Assembly (NCBI GenBank): GCA_022844165.1 | Contig: JALHMH010000051.1 | Coordinates: 1 to 26,864 of the forward strand | Length of the DNA: 26,864 bases | Direction: 5' to 3' | Origin: Lysobacterales bacterium | GTDB taxonomy: Bacteria; Pseudomonadota; Gammaproteobacteria; Xanthomonadales; SZUA-5 | Shown here: one piece after another, positions 1 through 7,373 of the stretch | Position numbering within the stretch: position 1 is the stretch's first letter | Layout: every line of letters starts with the position of its first letter | The notes under the pieces: model-generated | Databases searched by the model: none | What the model was told of the DNA's origin: nothing | The model's input: only the letters and a program-made list of their open reading frames with translations | Made by a program: the position numbers and the translations under genes

Positions 1-617
1 AGCACATTGGAGGGCTTCAGGTCGCGATGCACGATCAGGTTCTGGTGCGCGTACTGCACGCCGTCCAGCACCCGCAGCAGCAGCGCCACGCGCTCGCGCA
101 TCGACAGCTCGCGCTCGCGCGCGAACTGATGGAGCGGCACGCCGTCGACGCGTTCGATCGCCATCCACGGCTGGCCGCTAGCGGTGCTGCCGCCATCCAG
201 CACCTGTGCGATGGCCGGATGCGCCAGTCGCGCCAGCAGTTCACGCTCGCGCCGAAAGCGATGCTGCTGCTCCGCCGAATACACATCGCGCACGACCTTG
301 ATCGCCACTTCCTTGCGAAAGCTGCCGTCGTCGCGCTCGCCGAGATATACATCGCCCATACCGCCCTGGCCGAGTACGCCGAGCACACGGTACGGGCCGA
401 ATTGGGTCGGCAGCGGCGATTCGCCGGCCAGCGCCGCAAGCCGCGCCGCACCTTGATCGAGGGCAGCAACTTTAGGCGCCATTCCCAGGACAGTACGCAC
501 TTCCGCCGCTAACGCCGGATCGCCGCAGTCGGCCAGCAATTGCTCGCGATCGGTTGGCGAATCGAGGTCGAGGGCCCGCTCAACCAATGCCCGGATTTGT
601 GCGTGTGTGGGAGCCAT
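1..617 (-). CDS. Ser/Thr protein kinase (Hanks-type, ECF-associated class), N-terminal part; runs off the left edge
   Basis: Not in the ORF track. Manual translation from the ATG at 617 gives MAPTHAQIRALVERALDL...FGPYRVLGVLGQGGMGDVYLGERDDGSFRKEVAIK...LAHPAIAQVLDGG...IVHRDLKPSNV, which contains the Gly-rich loop, VAIK and HRDLKPxN motifs. The + ORF 27..512 is its antisense shadow. Confidence 0.95.
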   Translation of the reverse strand, partial: MAPTHAQIRALVERALDLDSPTDREQLLADCGDPALAAEVRTVLGMAPKVAALDQGAARLAALAGESPLPTQFGPYRVLGVLGQGGMGDVYLGERDDGSFRKEVAIKVVRDVYSAEQQHRFRRERELLARLAHPAIAQVLDGGSTASGQPWMAIERVDGVPLHQFARERELSMRERVALLLRVLDGVQYAHQNLIVHRDLKPSNV

Positions 618-648
618 GTTTATGTATGCACGAGCTTGGAGCTGGTGC

Positions 649-674
649 AACGCAGGATCGCAGGTTTTCCGGCA
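649..674 (-). promoter_or_regulatory. Putative ECF promoter TGCCGG-N16-CGTT upstream of the kinase
   Basis: Minus strand reads TGCCGG aaaacctgcgatcctg CGTT, about 30 nt before ATG 617. The same motif and spacing occur twice upstream of the S74 gene. Confidence 0.5.
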
Positions 675-758
675 AGCGATCCGTTCAGGGGCGCGCGGCG
701 AACAAGGCCGATGGACGCGGGCTGGCGGAAACTCAGCGGCTCATGCCCAGCACGCGGT

Positions 759-1031
759 TTATTCGAATCCGTCCCGGAAGATATCCGGCCCCGCATCGCA
801 GGCGCCATTCGCCGCTTTGGCCGCATCGCTGGATGTCAGCCGTGCGTCCAGGCGAAAGCGGCCGCCGGACAGTGCCGGATCGCCGCGCTTCAGGTCAGCC
901 CGCATCGCGAAGCGCCCGTCCGCGCTGGTACGGTCGGCCACCAGTTCGCCGCTGCCGCTGAAACGCGGCGTCTCGCCGGCCAGGGTCGGCAGCGGCACGG
1001 TCAGCACCAGTGCCATCGTCAGGATGCGCAT
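759..1031 (-). CDS. Small secreted protein (90 aa) ending in DIFRDGFE; probable partner of the S74 fibre
   Basis: The likely start is ATG 1031 (MRILTMALVLTVPLPTLAG, signal-peptide-like), 1 nt after the upstream stop. It has two internal S-x-(D/G)-G-R-F strands and ends ...GACDAGPDIFRDGFE*. Confidence 0.85.
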   Translation of the reverse strand: MRILTMALVLTVPLPTLAGETPRFSGSGELVADRTSADGRFAMRADLKRGDPALSGGRFRLDARLTSSDAAKAANGACDAGPDIFRDGFE

Positions 1032-1032
1032 C

Positions 1033-2703
1033 TTAGTGCTCCCGCTTAGCTTCGAGCGCCGCGAGACGCGCCGCCAATTGCTGCAACTGCGCCTGCAGAG
1101 CAGCGTTTTCGGCTTCGAGTTTCTGGTTGAGGCCCTGGATGGCCGCCAAGGCCACGCCGTCGGCGTCCACGGTGGAGATCGTGGTGTCGTTCTCGCCGAC
1201 GCCGAAGGCTGCCGCGAAGTCCTGCGCCATCGGGCCGATGTGCTGCACGTCGCCTGGTTGGCCGATGTAGCGCCACTGCTGGATCGGCATCGCGACCAGG
1301 CGCTCCAGCACATCCAGCGGCAGGATCGACTGGATGTCGGTCTTGAGGTTGCGGTCGGACAGCGTCGACCAGGCGCCCGCGCCGATCGCCAGTTGCACGC
1401 CCTGCGCGAGGTTGGCCGGATTGGAGCGCACGATCACGCTGCCGTCGCCACGGATGCTGAGGTGCTCAAAGAAACTGCCGCTGTTGTTGCGGTGCGCAAT
1501 GCGCAAATCGGCGTCGTTGGATCCGGCACCGCCCTTGCCGACGCCTAACTCGACCCGTTCGCCGGTGTTGCCGTTGAGCGATGGTTTCGGGATCAGTCCG
1601 AGCTCGACGTAGCCCTCATCCGGCGTATTGCCGAAGATGCTGAACTCGAAACCGCCATTGGCATTGGGTGGCGTGCCGTTGACGCCAACCCCGCCTTCGC
1701 TGCGAAGCAGAAACTGGTTAGGACCGGTGCTGACCAGGGCCTCGCCGATCGCGTCGCCCCACACGAAGGTACCCTCATCGCCATTACTGTCGCCCGACGT
1801 GGCATTGGTAATCGAACACAACTCGCCTCCGGTGCCGGGTCGCGCGGCAACACGATAGCCCGCTGCCCACGAAAAGCGCCCGCCGGCGCAGGCCTCTGCA
1901 CCGCCGGACGCCGTCGCTCCGACACCGATGGCCTTGTTCATCTCGCCACCGGACACCGTGGCGCTCTGCCCGATCGCGCGGTTCGCGCTGCCGCCGGCGA
2001 CCGTGCTGAATTGGCCGCGCGCGAGATTGGCGATGCCGCCGCCGACGGTTGCCGAGATCCCCGCAGCGGGAATCAGCGTGGAATCGCCCGCTACATTGTT
2101 GATGCCACCGGCGATGGTGCTGCCGTTGGACCAGGCACGCTGCCCCGAGCCGCCGCCGATGCTAATTGCACTCGATCCGAAAGCGGCCTGCACGTCGTAC
2201 CCGGCGGTCCAGTTGATCCCCAGACCGTTACGCTGCAGACGTGCGCCGATCAGGTTGTCCGCGCGGAACAGTAGCGGCTGCGCATCGATCGTCCCGACGA
2301 AGTCCGTCGCCGGATTGGTCCCCGCGTTGCCCTGCGTATCCCAGCACACGCCCGCCAAGGTCGTTTTGGCACGAAAGTCCTGTGGCTCGCCGAGCGCGAC
2401 GAAGCCACTGCCGCCCTGGGCCACCTCGGTCTTCAGCTTCACGGTGCCGAGCTGGCCGAGGTCGACGCCGAAATCGACATCCACCGCGAAAGCGCCATCC
2501 TTGACCTCGACGCCGCTGAGGGTCAGCGGATAAGCCAGCGCCTGGACGCCGCCGGCATCGAGCACGCTGAGGCGGATGTCGTAGCGGCCGTTGGCCGGCG
2601 CGCCGCCGTCGTGAAGTGTGCCGCGATAGGTCCACGGTGCCGCCTGTGCACCAGATGCGGCGAGGAGCAGGCTGAGGGCGATACGGCGGGCGAGCAAGGG
2701 CAT
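1033..2703 (-). CDS. Secreted trimeric fibre/adhesin with C-terminal peptidase S74 intramolecular chaperone domain
   Basis: Signal peptide (…ASGAQA|AP); N-terminal WTYRGTLxDGGxPANGRYD domain; 14-residue (S/A)TVxGGxxNxAxG beta-roll repeats; S74 motif WSTLSDRNLK…HIGPMAQDF…GVALAAIQGL followed by a coiled coil. Confidence 0.92.
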   Translation of the reverse strand: MPLLARRIALSLLLAASGAQAAPWTYRGTLHDGGAPANGRYDIRLSVLDAGGVQALAYPLTLSGVEVKDGAFAVDVDFGVDLGQLGTVKLKTEVAQGGSGFVALGEPQDFRAKTTLAGVCWDTQGNAGTNPATDFVGTIDAQPLLFRADNLIGARLQRNGLGINWTAGYDVQAAFGSSAISIGGGSGQRAWSNGSTIAGGINNVAGDSTLIPAAGISATVGGGIANLARGQFSTVAGGSANRAIGQSATVSGGEMNKAIGVGATASGGAEACAGGRFSWAAGYRVAARPGTGGELCSITNATSGDSNGDEGTFVWGDAIGEALVSTGPNQFLLRSEGGVGVNGTPPNANGGFEFSIFGNTPDEGYVELGLIPKPSLNGNTGERVELGVGKGGAGSNDADLRIAHRNNSGSFFEHLSIRGDGSVIVRSNPANLAQGVQLAIGAGAWSTLSDRNLKTDIQSILPLDVLERLVAMPIQQWRYIGQPGDVQHIGPMAQDFAAAFGVGENDTTISTVDADGVALAAIQGLNQKLEAENAALQAQLQQLAARLAALEAKREH

Positions 2704-2758
2704 GACGGACTCCGTGATGTGGTAGCGGCCGTCGGGAACACCGGCGGTTCACCCCACA

Positions 2759-2820
2759 TACGTAGTCCGCCGGCAAAACCGGCAGTTTTTCGCCAGCGAC
2801 CGAATCGGGGATAACCGGCA
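2759..2820 (-). promoter_or_regulatory. Two tandem TGCCGG-N16-CG(C/T)W putative ECF promoter sites
   Basis: TGCCGG(2820-2815)-N16-CGCT(2798-2795) and TGCCGG(2784-2779)-N16-CGTA(2762-2759), both on the minus strand upstream of ATG 2703. Confidence 0.5.
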
Positions 2821-2843
2821 ACAGACGGATATCGTCGCCGCGA

Positions 2844-3869
2844 TCACTCGCTCACTGCTTGGCCGTCTTCCAGATTGAGCGCCCATTGGCTGATGGCCTT
2901 CGCCACTGCCGGATCGCTGTCGCTGTCCAGGGCCATCGACTGCATCGGCGGTAGATCGGGCGGTGCGACTTTGTAGAAGTGCGTGAGCGTGGGAAACTCG
3001 GCCAGCCTGGTCGGCGCATCTCCCCGTGCGGCTTTCAACTGCGCCGCATGGGAAGCGGGCACCGAAGCATCGCGGCCGCCTTGCACGATCAGCACCGGCT
3101 GGCGGACCGCGCGCAATGCCGCCATCGGGTCGACCGCATCGACACTGCGCAGATAGCGATGCGCATTGGCGCCCATCGAGGCGAGCATGCCGCTATGCGG
3201 ATCGGAGGCAGCGGCTTCCGGCGGACGCTCCCCGGCCCGGATCGCGGCGATGGTCGCGTCGAGCACCGCAAAATCGGTTGCAACGCCCGGCGGCATCATC
3301 TGCCGCATCTGGTCGCGCATCAGATCGAGGAGAACTTGTGCCGGGCCCGACAGGCTGACCACGCCCTCGATGAGTTCGCCGCTCGGCGAGCTTGCGAGCA
3401 GCGACGCCACCAGCGCTCCCTCGCTGTGCCCGGCGACGAGGAGCGGTCTGGCGGTCGTCTGTTCCTGGAGCAACGCCAGTCCTGCGGCCGCCACCTCGAC
3501 GCGCATGCCAAACTCCACGTGGCGTTGCGCTTCTGCCGGGTCCAGCGTGCGAGAGCCGGTGCCCGGCCCGACCTTGGCCATCCTCAACACCACGAATCCT
3601 TCGTCGCCCAATTGACGCGCCAGATCGGCATACAGGTGCGGGCGCAGGTTCATGGCAGGGTAGTTGCCGTCGACATCGCTGTAGAGCGATCCCGGCAACA
3701 GCAATAGCGCGCCCCTGGGCTTTCGCTGAGGTTGCGTCAAGCGGCACGGAATCTCGATTCCCGACACGGTCACGGTCAGATCTTTATCCCGGGTTGTGGC
3801 GTTGGCGGATTGAACAAACATGGTGAGGATTCCCATCAGGACGAGAGCAAAACAGCGGCGGCGAGTCAT
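2844..3869 (-). CDS. Secreted alpha/beta-fold serine hydrolase (341 aa)
   Basis: Start ATG 3869 overlaps the MerR stop (ATGA). Signal peptide MTRRRCFALVLMGILTMFVQSANA; oxyanion region LLLPGS; nucleophile GHSEG; QGGRD Asp; LTHF His. Confidence 0.9.
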   Translation of the reverse strand: MTRRRCFALVLMGILTMFVQSANATTRDKDLTVTVSGIEIPCRLTQPQRKPRGALLLLPGSLYSDVDGNYPAMNLRPHLYADLARQLGDEGFVVLRMAKVGPGTGSRTLDPAEAQRHVEFGMRVEVAAAGLALLQEQTTARPLLVAGHSEGALVASLLASSPSGELIEGVVSLSGPAQVLLDLMRDQMRQMMPPGVATDFAVLDATIAAIRAGERPPEAAASDPHSGMLASMGANAHRYLRSVDAVDPMAALRAVRQPVLIVQGGRDASVPASHAAQLKAARGDAPTRLAEFPTLTHFYKVAPPDLPPMQSMALDSDSDPAVAKAISQWALNLEDGQAVSE

Positions 3870-4633
3870 GGCTCGGTCTCCGGCAGTTGTCGCGCGTAAC
3901 CGGCCATCGCCGCGGCCAGAAATTCGGCCAGTCGCGGATGCAAGGCGTCGTACATGGCGCGGAAGTCGGCGTGTTCGACATACATCTGGCCCAGCGCTGC
4001 GTAGCGCGGCCCGTTTGGCGTCCAGGAGCGGGAGACCCAACCGTGATGGCGCGCTGCCAGACGCTGCGCCGCGACCGATGACGGCGAACCGCCGGCGTCG
4101 ATCAGCTCGATAAAGGCCTGATGGATGGCGTCGATCTCGGCTTTGAAATCAGCCAGCTCGCCAGCCGACCAGCTTTGCATGCGGCGTTGCGATTCGTCGA
4201 CGGTTGCCCTGGCCGATTCGCCATAACGCGCGATCAGCTCGGCTTCCCATTGCGCTTGCTTCTCTGCCGATATGCCGACGTAAAGATGCTCGCCATCGAC
4301 CGCGCGCCCGGCGTCAATGCAGGCAAGGGTCTCGTCGATGGTCCGCGCCAACGCCTGGCGGCGTGCGATATCGCTGGCTACCCGAGAACGCAGATCACGC
4401 AGCGCGGCGCGCACATCGTAGCCGGGGTCGTCGAGGATGCGCGCGATGTCGACCAGGGCAACGCCGAGTTCCCGATAAAAGAGGATCTGCTGCAAACGCA
4501 ACAGCTCGCGCTCGCCGTAATAGCGGTAGCCATTGCCGCCGGTGGGCGGGCTCAATAAGCCGATGTGGTCGTAATGATGCAGTGCCCGAACGCTCACGCC
4601 AGACAGCTCGGCCACCTGTTTCACGGTTTTCAC
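3866..4633 (-). CDS. MerR-family regulator with TipAS-like ligand-binding domain (255 aa)
   Basis: GTG 4633 follows a GGAGAG RBS. HTH region VKQVAELSGVSVRALHHYDHIGLL…GYRYY…LQQILFYRELG; C-terminal TipAS-like region HHGWVSRSW…LGQMYVEHADFRAMYD…LAEFLAAAM. Confidence 0.93.
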   Translation of the reverse strand: MKTVKQVAELSGVSVRALHHYDHIGLLSPPTGGNGYRYYGERELLRLQQILFYRELGVALVDIARILDDPGYDVRAALRDLRSRVASDIARRQALARTIDETLACIDAGRAVDGEHLYVGISAEKQAQWEAELIARYGESARATVDESQRRMQSWSAGELADFKAEIDAIHQAFIELIDAGGSPSSVAAQRLAARHHGWVSRSWTPNGPRYAALGQMYVEHADFRAMYDALHPRLAEFLAAAMAGYARQLPETEP

Positions 4634-4661
4634 GCGACACTCTCCATGGGTGCTGGCGTGC

Positions 4662-4692
4662 AGTGTGCGGCCTGACGTTGGGTCAGGGTCAA
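4662..4692 (-). promoter_or_regulatory. MerR-type promoter/operator: TTGACC-N19-CACACT with dyad CCTGAC-N5-GTCAGG
   Basis: -35 at 4692-4687 and -10 at 4667-4662 give a 19-bp spacer, with the inverted repeat at 4671-4676/4682-4687. This is the hallmark architecture of TipA/Mta-type promoters. Confidence 0.85.
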
Positions 4693-4970
4693 GCGGTGCG
4701 CGGCGCCTGCCGTCGATCGCTGGATAGAGTTCGCGGTAACGAGCCACCATGTGAGCGCTCACGATCGGGGCGGCGCAACCATTGCTCAGTTGGATCGGAA
4801 CGCTCCTGGACCGGCACGCCAATCTCGCGAACGCGTCCACCGAGCTCGCTGCTGGATTCAACACGATCGCCCAGGAGCACGACGCCGTTCCAGCCGTCCA
4901 CGCGGGCTATTCCGCCGATCAGCAATGTGCAGAGCAGGGCCCCGCGGAGCCCACGTCGCCGCGCGCTCAT
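4689..4970 (-). CDS. Possible small exported hypothetical protein (93 aa)
   Basis: MSARRRGLRGALLCTLLIGG looks like a signal peptide, but no domain is recognisable and the stop overlaps the MerR -35 box. Confidence 0.3.
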   Translation of the reverse strand: MSARRRGLRGALLCTLLIGGIARVDGWNGVVLLGDRVESSSELGGRVREIGVPVQERSDPTEQWLRRPDRERSHGGSLPRTLSSDRRQAPRTA

Positions 4971-5235
4971 ACGATCAATTCCATTTCGTCTGCAATCCCA
5001 GCAAGTCCACGGTGGGCTCGACGCGCGCCGTGTCCAGCGCGGTCCACAAGACACCCGACAAGCCATCGAACTGGCCCATGCTCACGGCTTGTTCGGAGAG
5101 CCGCGGCCACGCCCTGCGCCACGCGTGATACGCGCGCCTGGCACAGGCATCGAATGGCGCGACGTCCCGATGACGACGCCACATCGCCGGCTCCGCCGAA
5201 CGATGCGACTCGAATAAGGCGAGCGATCAAGACGC

Positions 5236-6399
5236 TTAGACGCGGACCATGCCTTCCATCAACACGCGCGCACTGCGGCTCATCAGGGCTTTGGTGACGG
5301 TCCAAACGCCGTTCGCGAACCGTGCCTTGGCGCCAACGCGGAGTGTGCCCGACGGGTGCCCAAAGCGCACCGCTTCGCGCGCGCCGCCGCCCGCCGCGAG
5401 GTTGACAAGTGTGCCGGGCACGGCCGCGGCGGTGCCGATGGCGACGGCGCAGGTGCCCATCATCGCGTGATGTAATTTGCCCATCGACAACGCGCGCACG
5501 CATAAATCGATTTCGCCAGCAGCGACGTTTTTGCCGCTCGATGCGATATAGCTTTGCGCCGGCGCCACGTAGGCAACTTTCGGCGTATGTTGCCGCGCGC
5601 CGGCTTCGCTGGCGTATTGGATCAAGCCCATTGCCAGGGCGCCCGCCGTTCGAATCGCCTCGAAAGCGGCGAGGCGGCCGGAATCGTCATTGATCTGAGC
5701 CTGTAACTCAACGCCAGTCAATCCAATCTCTTGGGCATTGACGAAAACCGTTGGTATGCCGGCATTGATCAGCGTAGCGTTGAACGTTCCCAGCCCCGGC
5801 ACATCGAGGCGGTCGACCAGATTTCCGGTGGGGAACATCGCGCCCTCGCCGTCGTCCGCGGGCTCCATAAACTCGAGTGCTATCTCCGCAGCGGGGAAGG
5901 TCACGCCATCGAGTTCGAAGTCGCCCGTCTCCTGCACTGCGCCATCGCTCATCGGCACATGCGCAACGATGGTCTTGCCGATGTTCGCCTGCCAGATGCG
6001 CACGGTGCAAAGGCCGTCGTGCGGCACGCGTGTAGGATCGATCAAACCCTGAGCGATGGCGAATGGCCCCACGGCAGCGCTCAGGTTGCCGCAGTTGCCG
6101 CTCCAGTCGACGACCGCCTGGTCGATGGCCACCTGGCCAAACAAGTAATCGACATCGTGATCGGGTCGAGTGCTGCTGCTCACCAGCACCGCTTTGCTGG
6201 TGCTCGACGTGCCATTGCCCATGCCGTCGATCTGTTTGCCATAGGGATCGGGACTGCCAACCACGCGCAACCACAGCGCGTCGCGAGCCGGCCCAGGCAC
6301 ACGCGCGGCTTCGGGCAGATCGGCGAGCCTGAAGAAGACGCCTTTGCTCGTGCCGCCGCGCATGTAGGTGGCTGGAATCCGGACTTGGGGTGGGTGCAT
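5236..6399 (-). CDS. prpF: 2-methylaconitate cis-trans isomerase PrpF
   Basis: Motifs IPATYMRGGTSKGVFF, GSPDPYGKQIDGMG, DWSGNCGNLSAAVG, LSMGKLHHAMMGT and MSRSARVLMEG. Confidence 0.97.
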   Translation of the reverse strand: MHPPQVRIPATYMRGGTSKGVFFRLADLPEAARVPGPARDALWLRVVGSPDPYGKQIDGMGNGTSSTSKAVLVSSSTRPDHDVDYLFGQVAIDQAVVDWSGNCGNLSAAVGPFAIAQGLIDPTRVPHDGLCTVRIWQANIGKTIVAHVPMSDGAVQETGDFELDGVTFPAAEIALEFMEPADDGEGAMFPTGNLVDRLDVPGLGTFNATLINAGIPTVFVNAQEIGLTGVELQAQINDDSGRLAAFEAIRTAGALAMGLIQYASEAGARQHTPKVAYVAPAQSYIASSGKNVAAGEIDLCVRALSMGKLHHAMMGTCAVAIGTAAAVPGTLVNLAAGGGAREAVRFGHPSGTLRVGAKARFANGVWTVTKALMSRSARVLMEGMVRV

Positions 6400-6595
6400 G
6401 GCGACGTGTTGGTGGCACGGACTGGGCGCCGATTATGACGCCGCGCGCAAGCGTGCGCCGAACATTGCGAGAAATTGCAGTGTGCGAGATCCAGGGACCG
6501 CTAACGAATGACGCATTGCGAGGCGAACGCTGACTGTTTGGCGCTTTTGCCCACAAGCCTCTACCATGCGCGCACCCGACTCGGAGAGCCAAGTG

Positions 6596-7372
6596 ATGCG
6601 CAGCAAAGCGGAAATCGTCAGCAACTGGTTGCCCCGCTACACCGGTGTCCCTGTTGAGGAGTTGGGCGCGTTCGTGCTGCTGACCAACTTTGGTGGTTAT
6701 CTCAATTTTTTTGCCGAACGAACGGGTGCGCCACTCAAGGGTCTGGATCGCCCGATGCCTAGCGCAACCTTCGATGGCATCACCATGATCAATTTTGGTA
6801 TGGGCAGTGCTAATGCGGCCACGATCATGGACCTTCTGAGCGCGATCAGGCCGCGTGCCGTGTTGTTTTTGGGCAAGTGCGGCGGTTTGAAGCGCAAGAA
6901 CCAGCTGGGCGATCTGGTGTTGCCGATCGCAGCGATCCGCGGCGAAGGAACGTCGAACGACTACCTGCTGCCCGAAGTGCCCGCGCTACCGGCATTCAGT
7001 CTGCAACGCGCGGTGTCGACCATGATCCGCGACCTGGGACACGACTATTGGACCGGTACGGTCTATACGACCAATCGTCGCGTCTGGGAACACGATGACG
7101 ACTTCAAAGAATATCTGCGCAAAACACGTTCGATGGCCATTGATATGGAAACCGCCACGATCTTTGCCACCGGCTTCGCCAACAGCATTCCCGCGGGTGC
7201 ACTTTTGCTGGTCAGCGATCAGCCGATGGTCCCGGAAGGCGTCAAAACCGAAGCATCGGATCGCACGATCACCGAGAACTTCGTTGCCCGCCATATCGAG
7301 ATCGGCATCGAAGCCCTGAAGCTCATCCGGCGCGATGGAAAGAGCGTCAAACACCTGCGTTTCGACGAGTAG
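6596..7372 (+). CDS. amn: AMP nucleosidase (short, PNP/UDP phosphorylase fold)
   Basis: Motifs MRSKAEIVSNWLPRYTG, INFGMGSANAATIMDLL, FLGKCGG, AIRGEGTS, TTNRRVWEHD and IDMETAT. A GGAGAG RBS precedes ATG 6596. Confidence 0.9.
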   Translation: MRSKAEIVSNWLPRYTGVPVEELGAFVLLTNFGGYLNFFAERTGAPLKGLDRPMPSATFDGITMINFGMGSANAATIMDLLSAIRPRAVLFLGKCGGLKRKNQLGDLVLPIAAIRGEGTSNDYLLPEVPALPAFSLQRAVSTMIRDLGHDYWTGTVYTTNRRVWEHDDDFKEYLRKTRSMAIDMETATIFATGFANSIPAGALLLVSDQPMVPEGVKTEASDRTITENFVARHIEIGIEALKLIRRDGKSVKHLRFDE

Positions 7373-7373
7373 C

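Noticed and set aside
27-1548. Long + strand ORFs 27..512, 540..1049 and 607..1548
   Set aside because: They are antisense shadows of the kinase, partner and S74 genes, which is typical of high-GC DNA.
1033-2703. Prophage tail-fibre remnant
   Set aside because: The protein has a Sec signal peptide, and there are no neighbouring phage genes, integrase or att-like repeats.
4270-4320. Internal start producing a separate TipAS-like short protein
   Set aside because: The linker reads GRAVDGEH with a GTC codon, and there is no in-frame ATG/GTG with an RBS at the expected position.
4975-5235. Small ORFs downstream of prpF
   Set aside because: No RBS, domain or convincing composition; the competing frames are equally weak.
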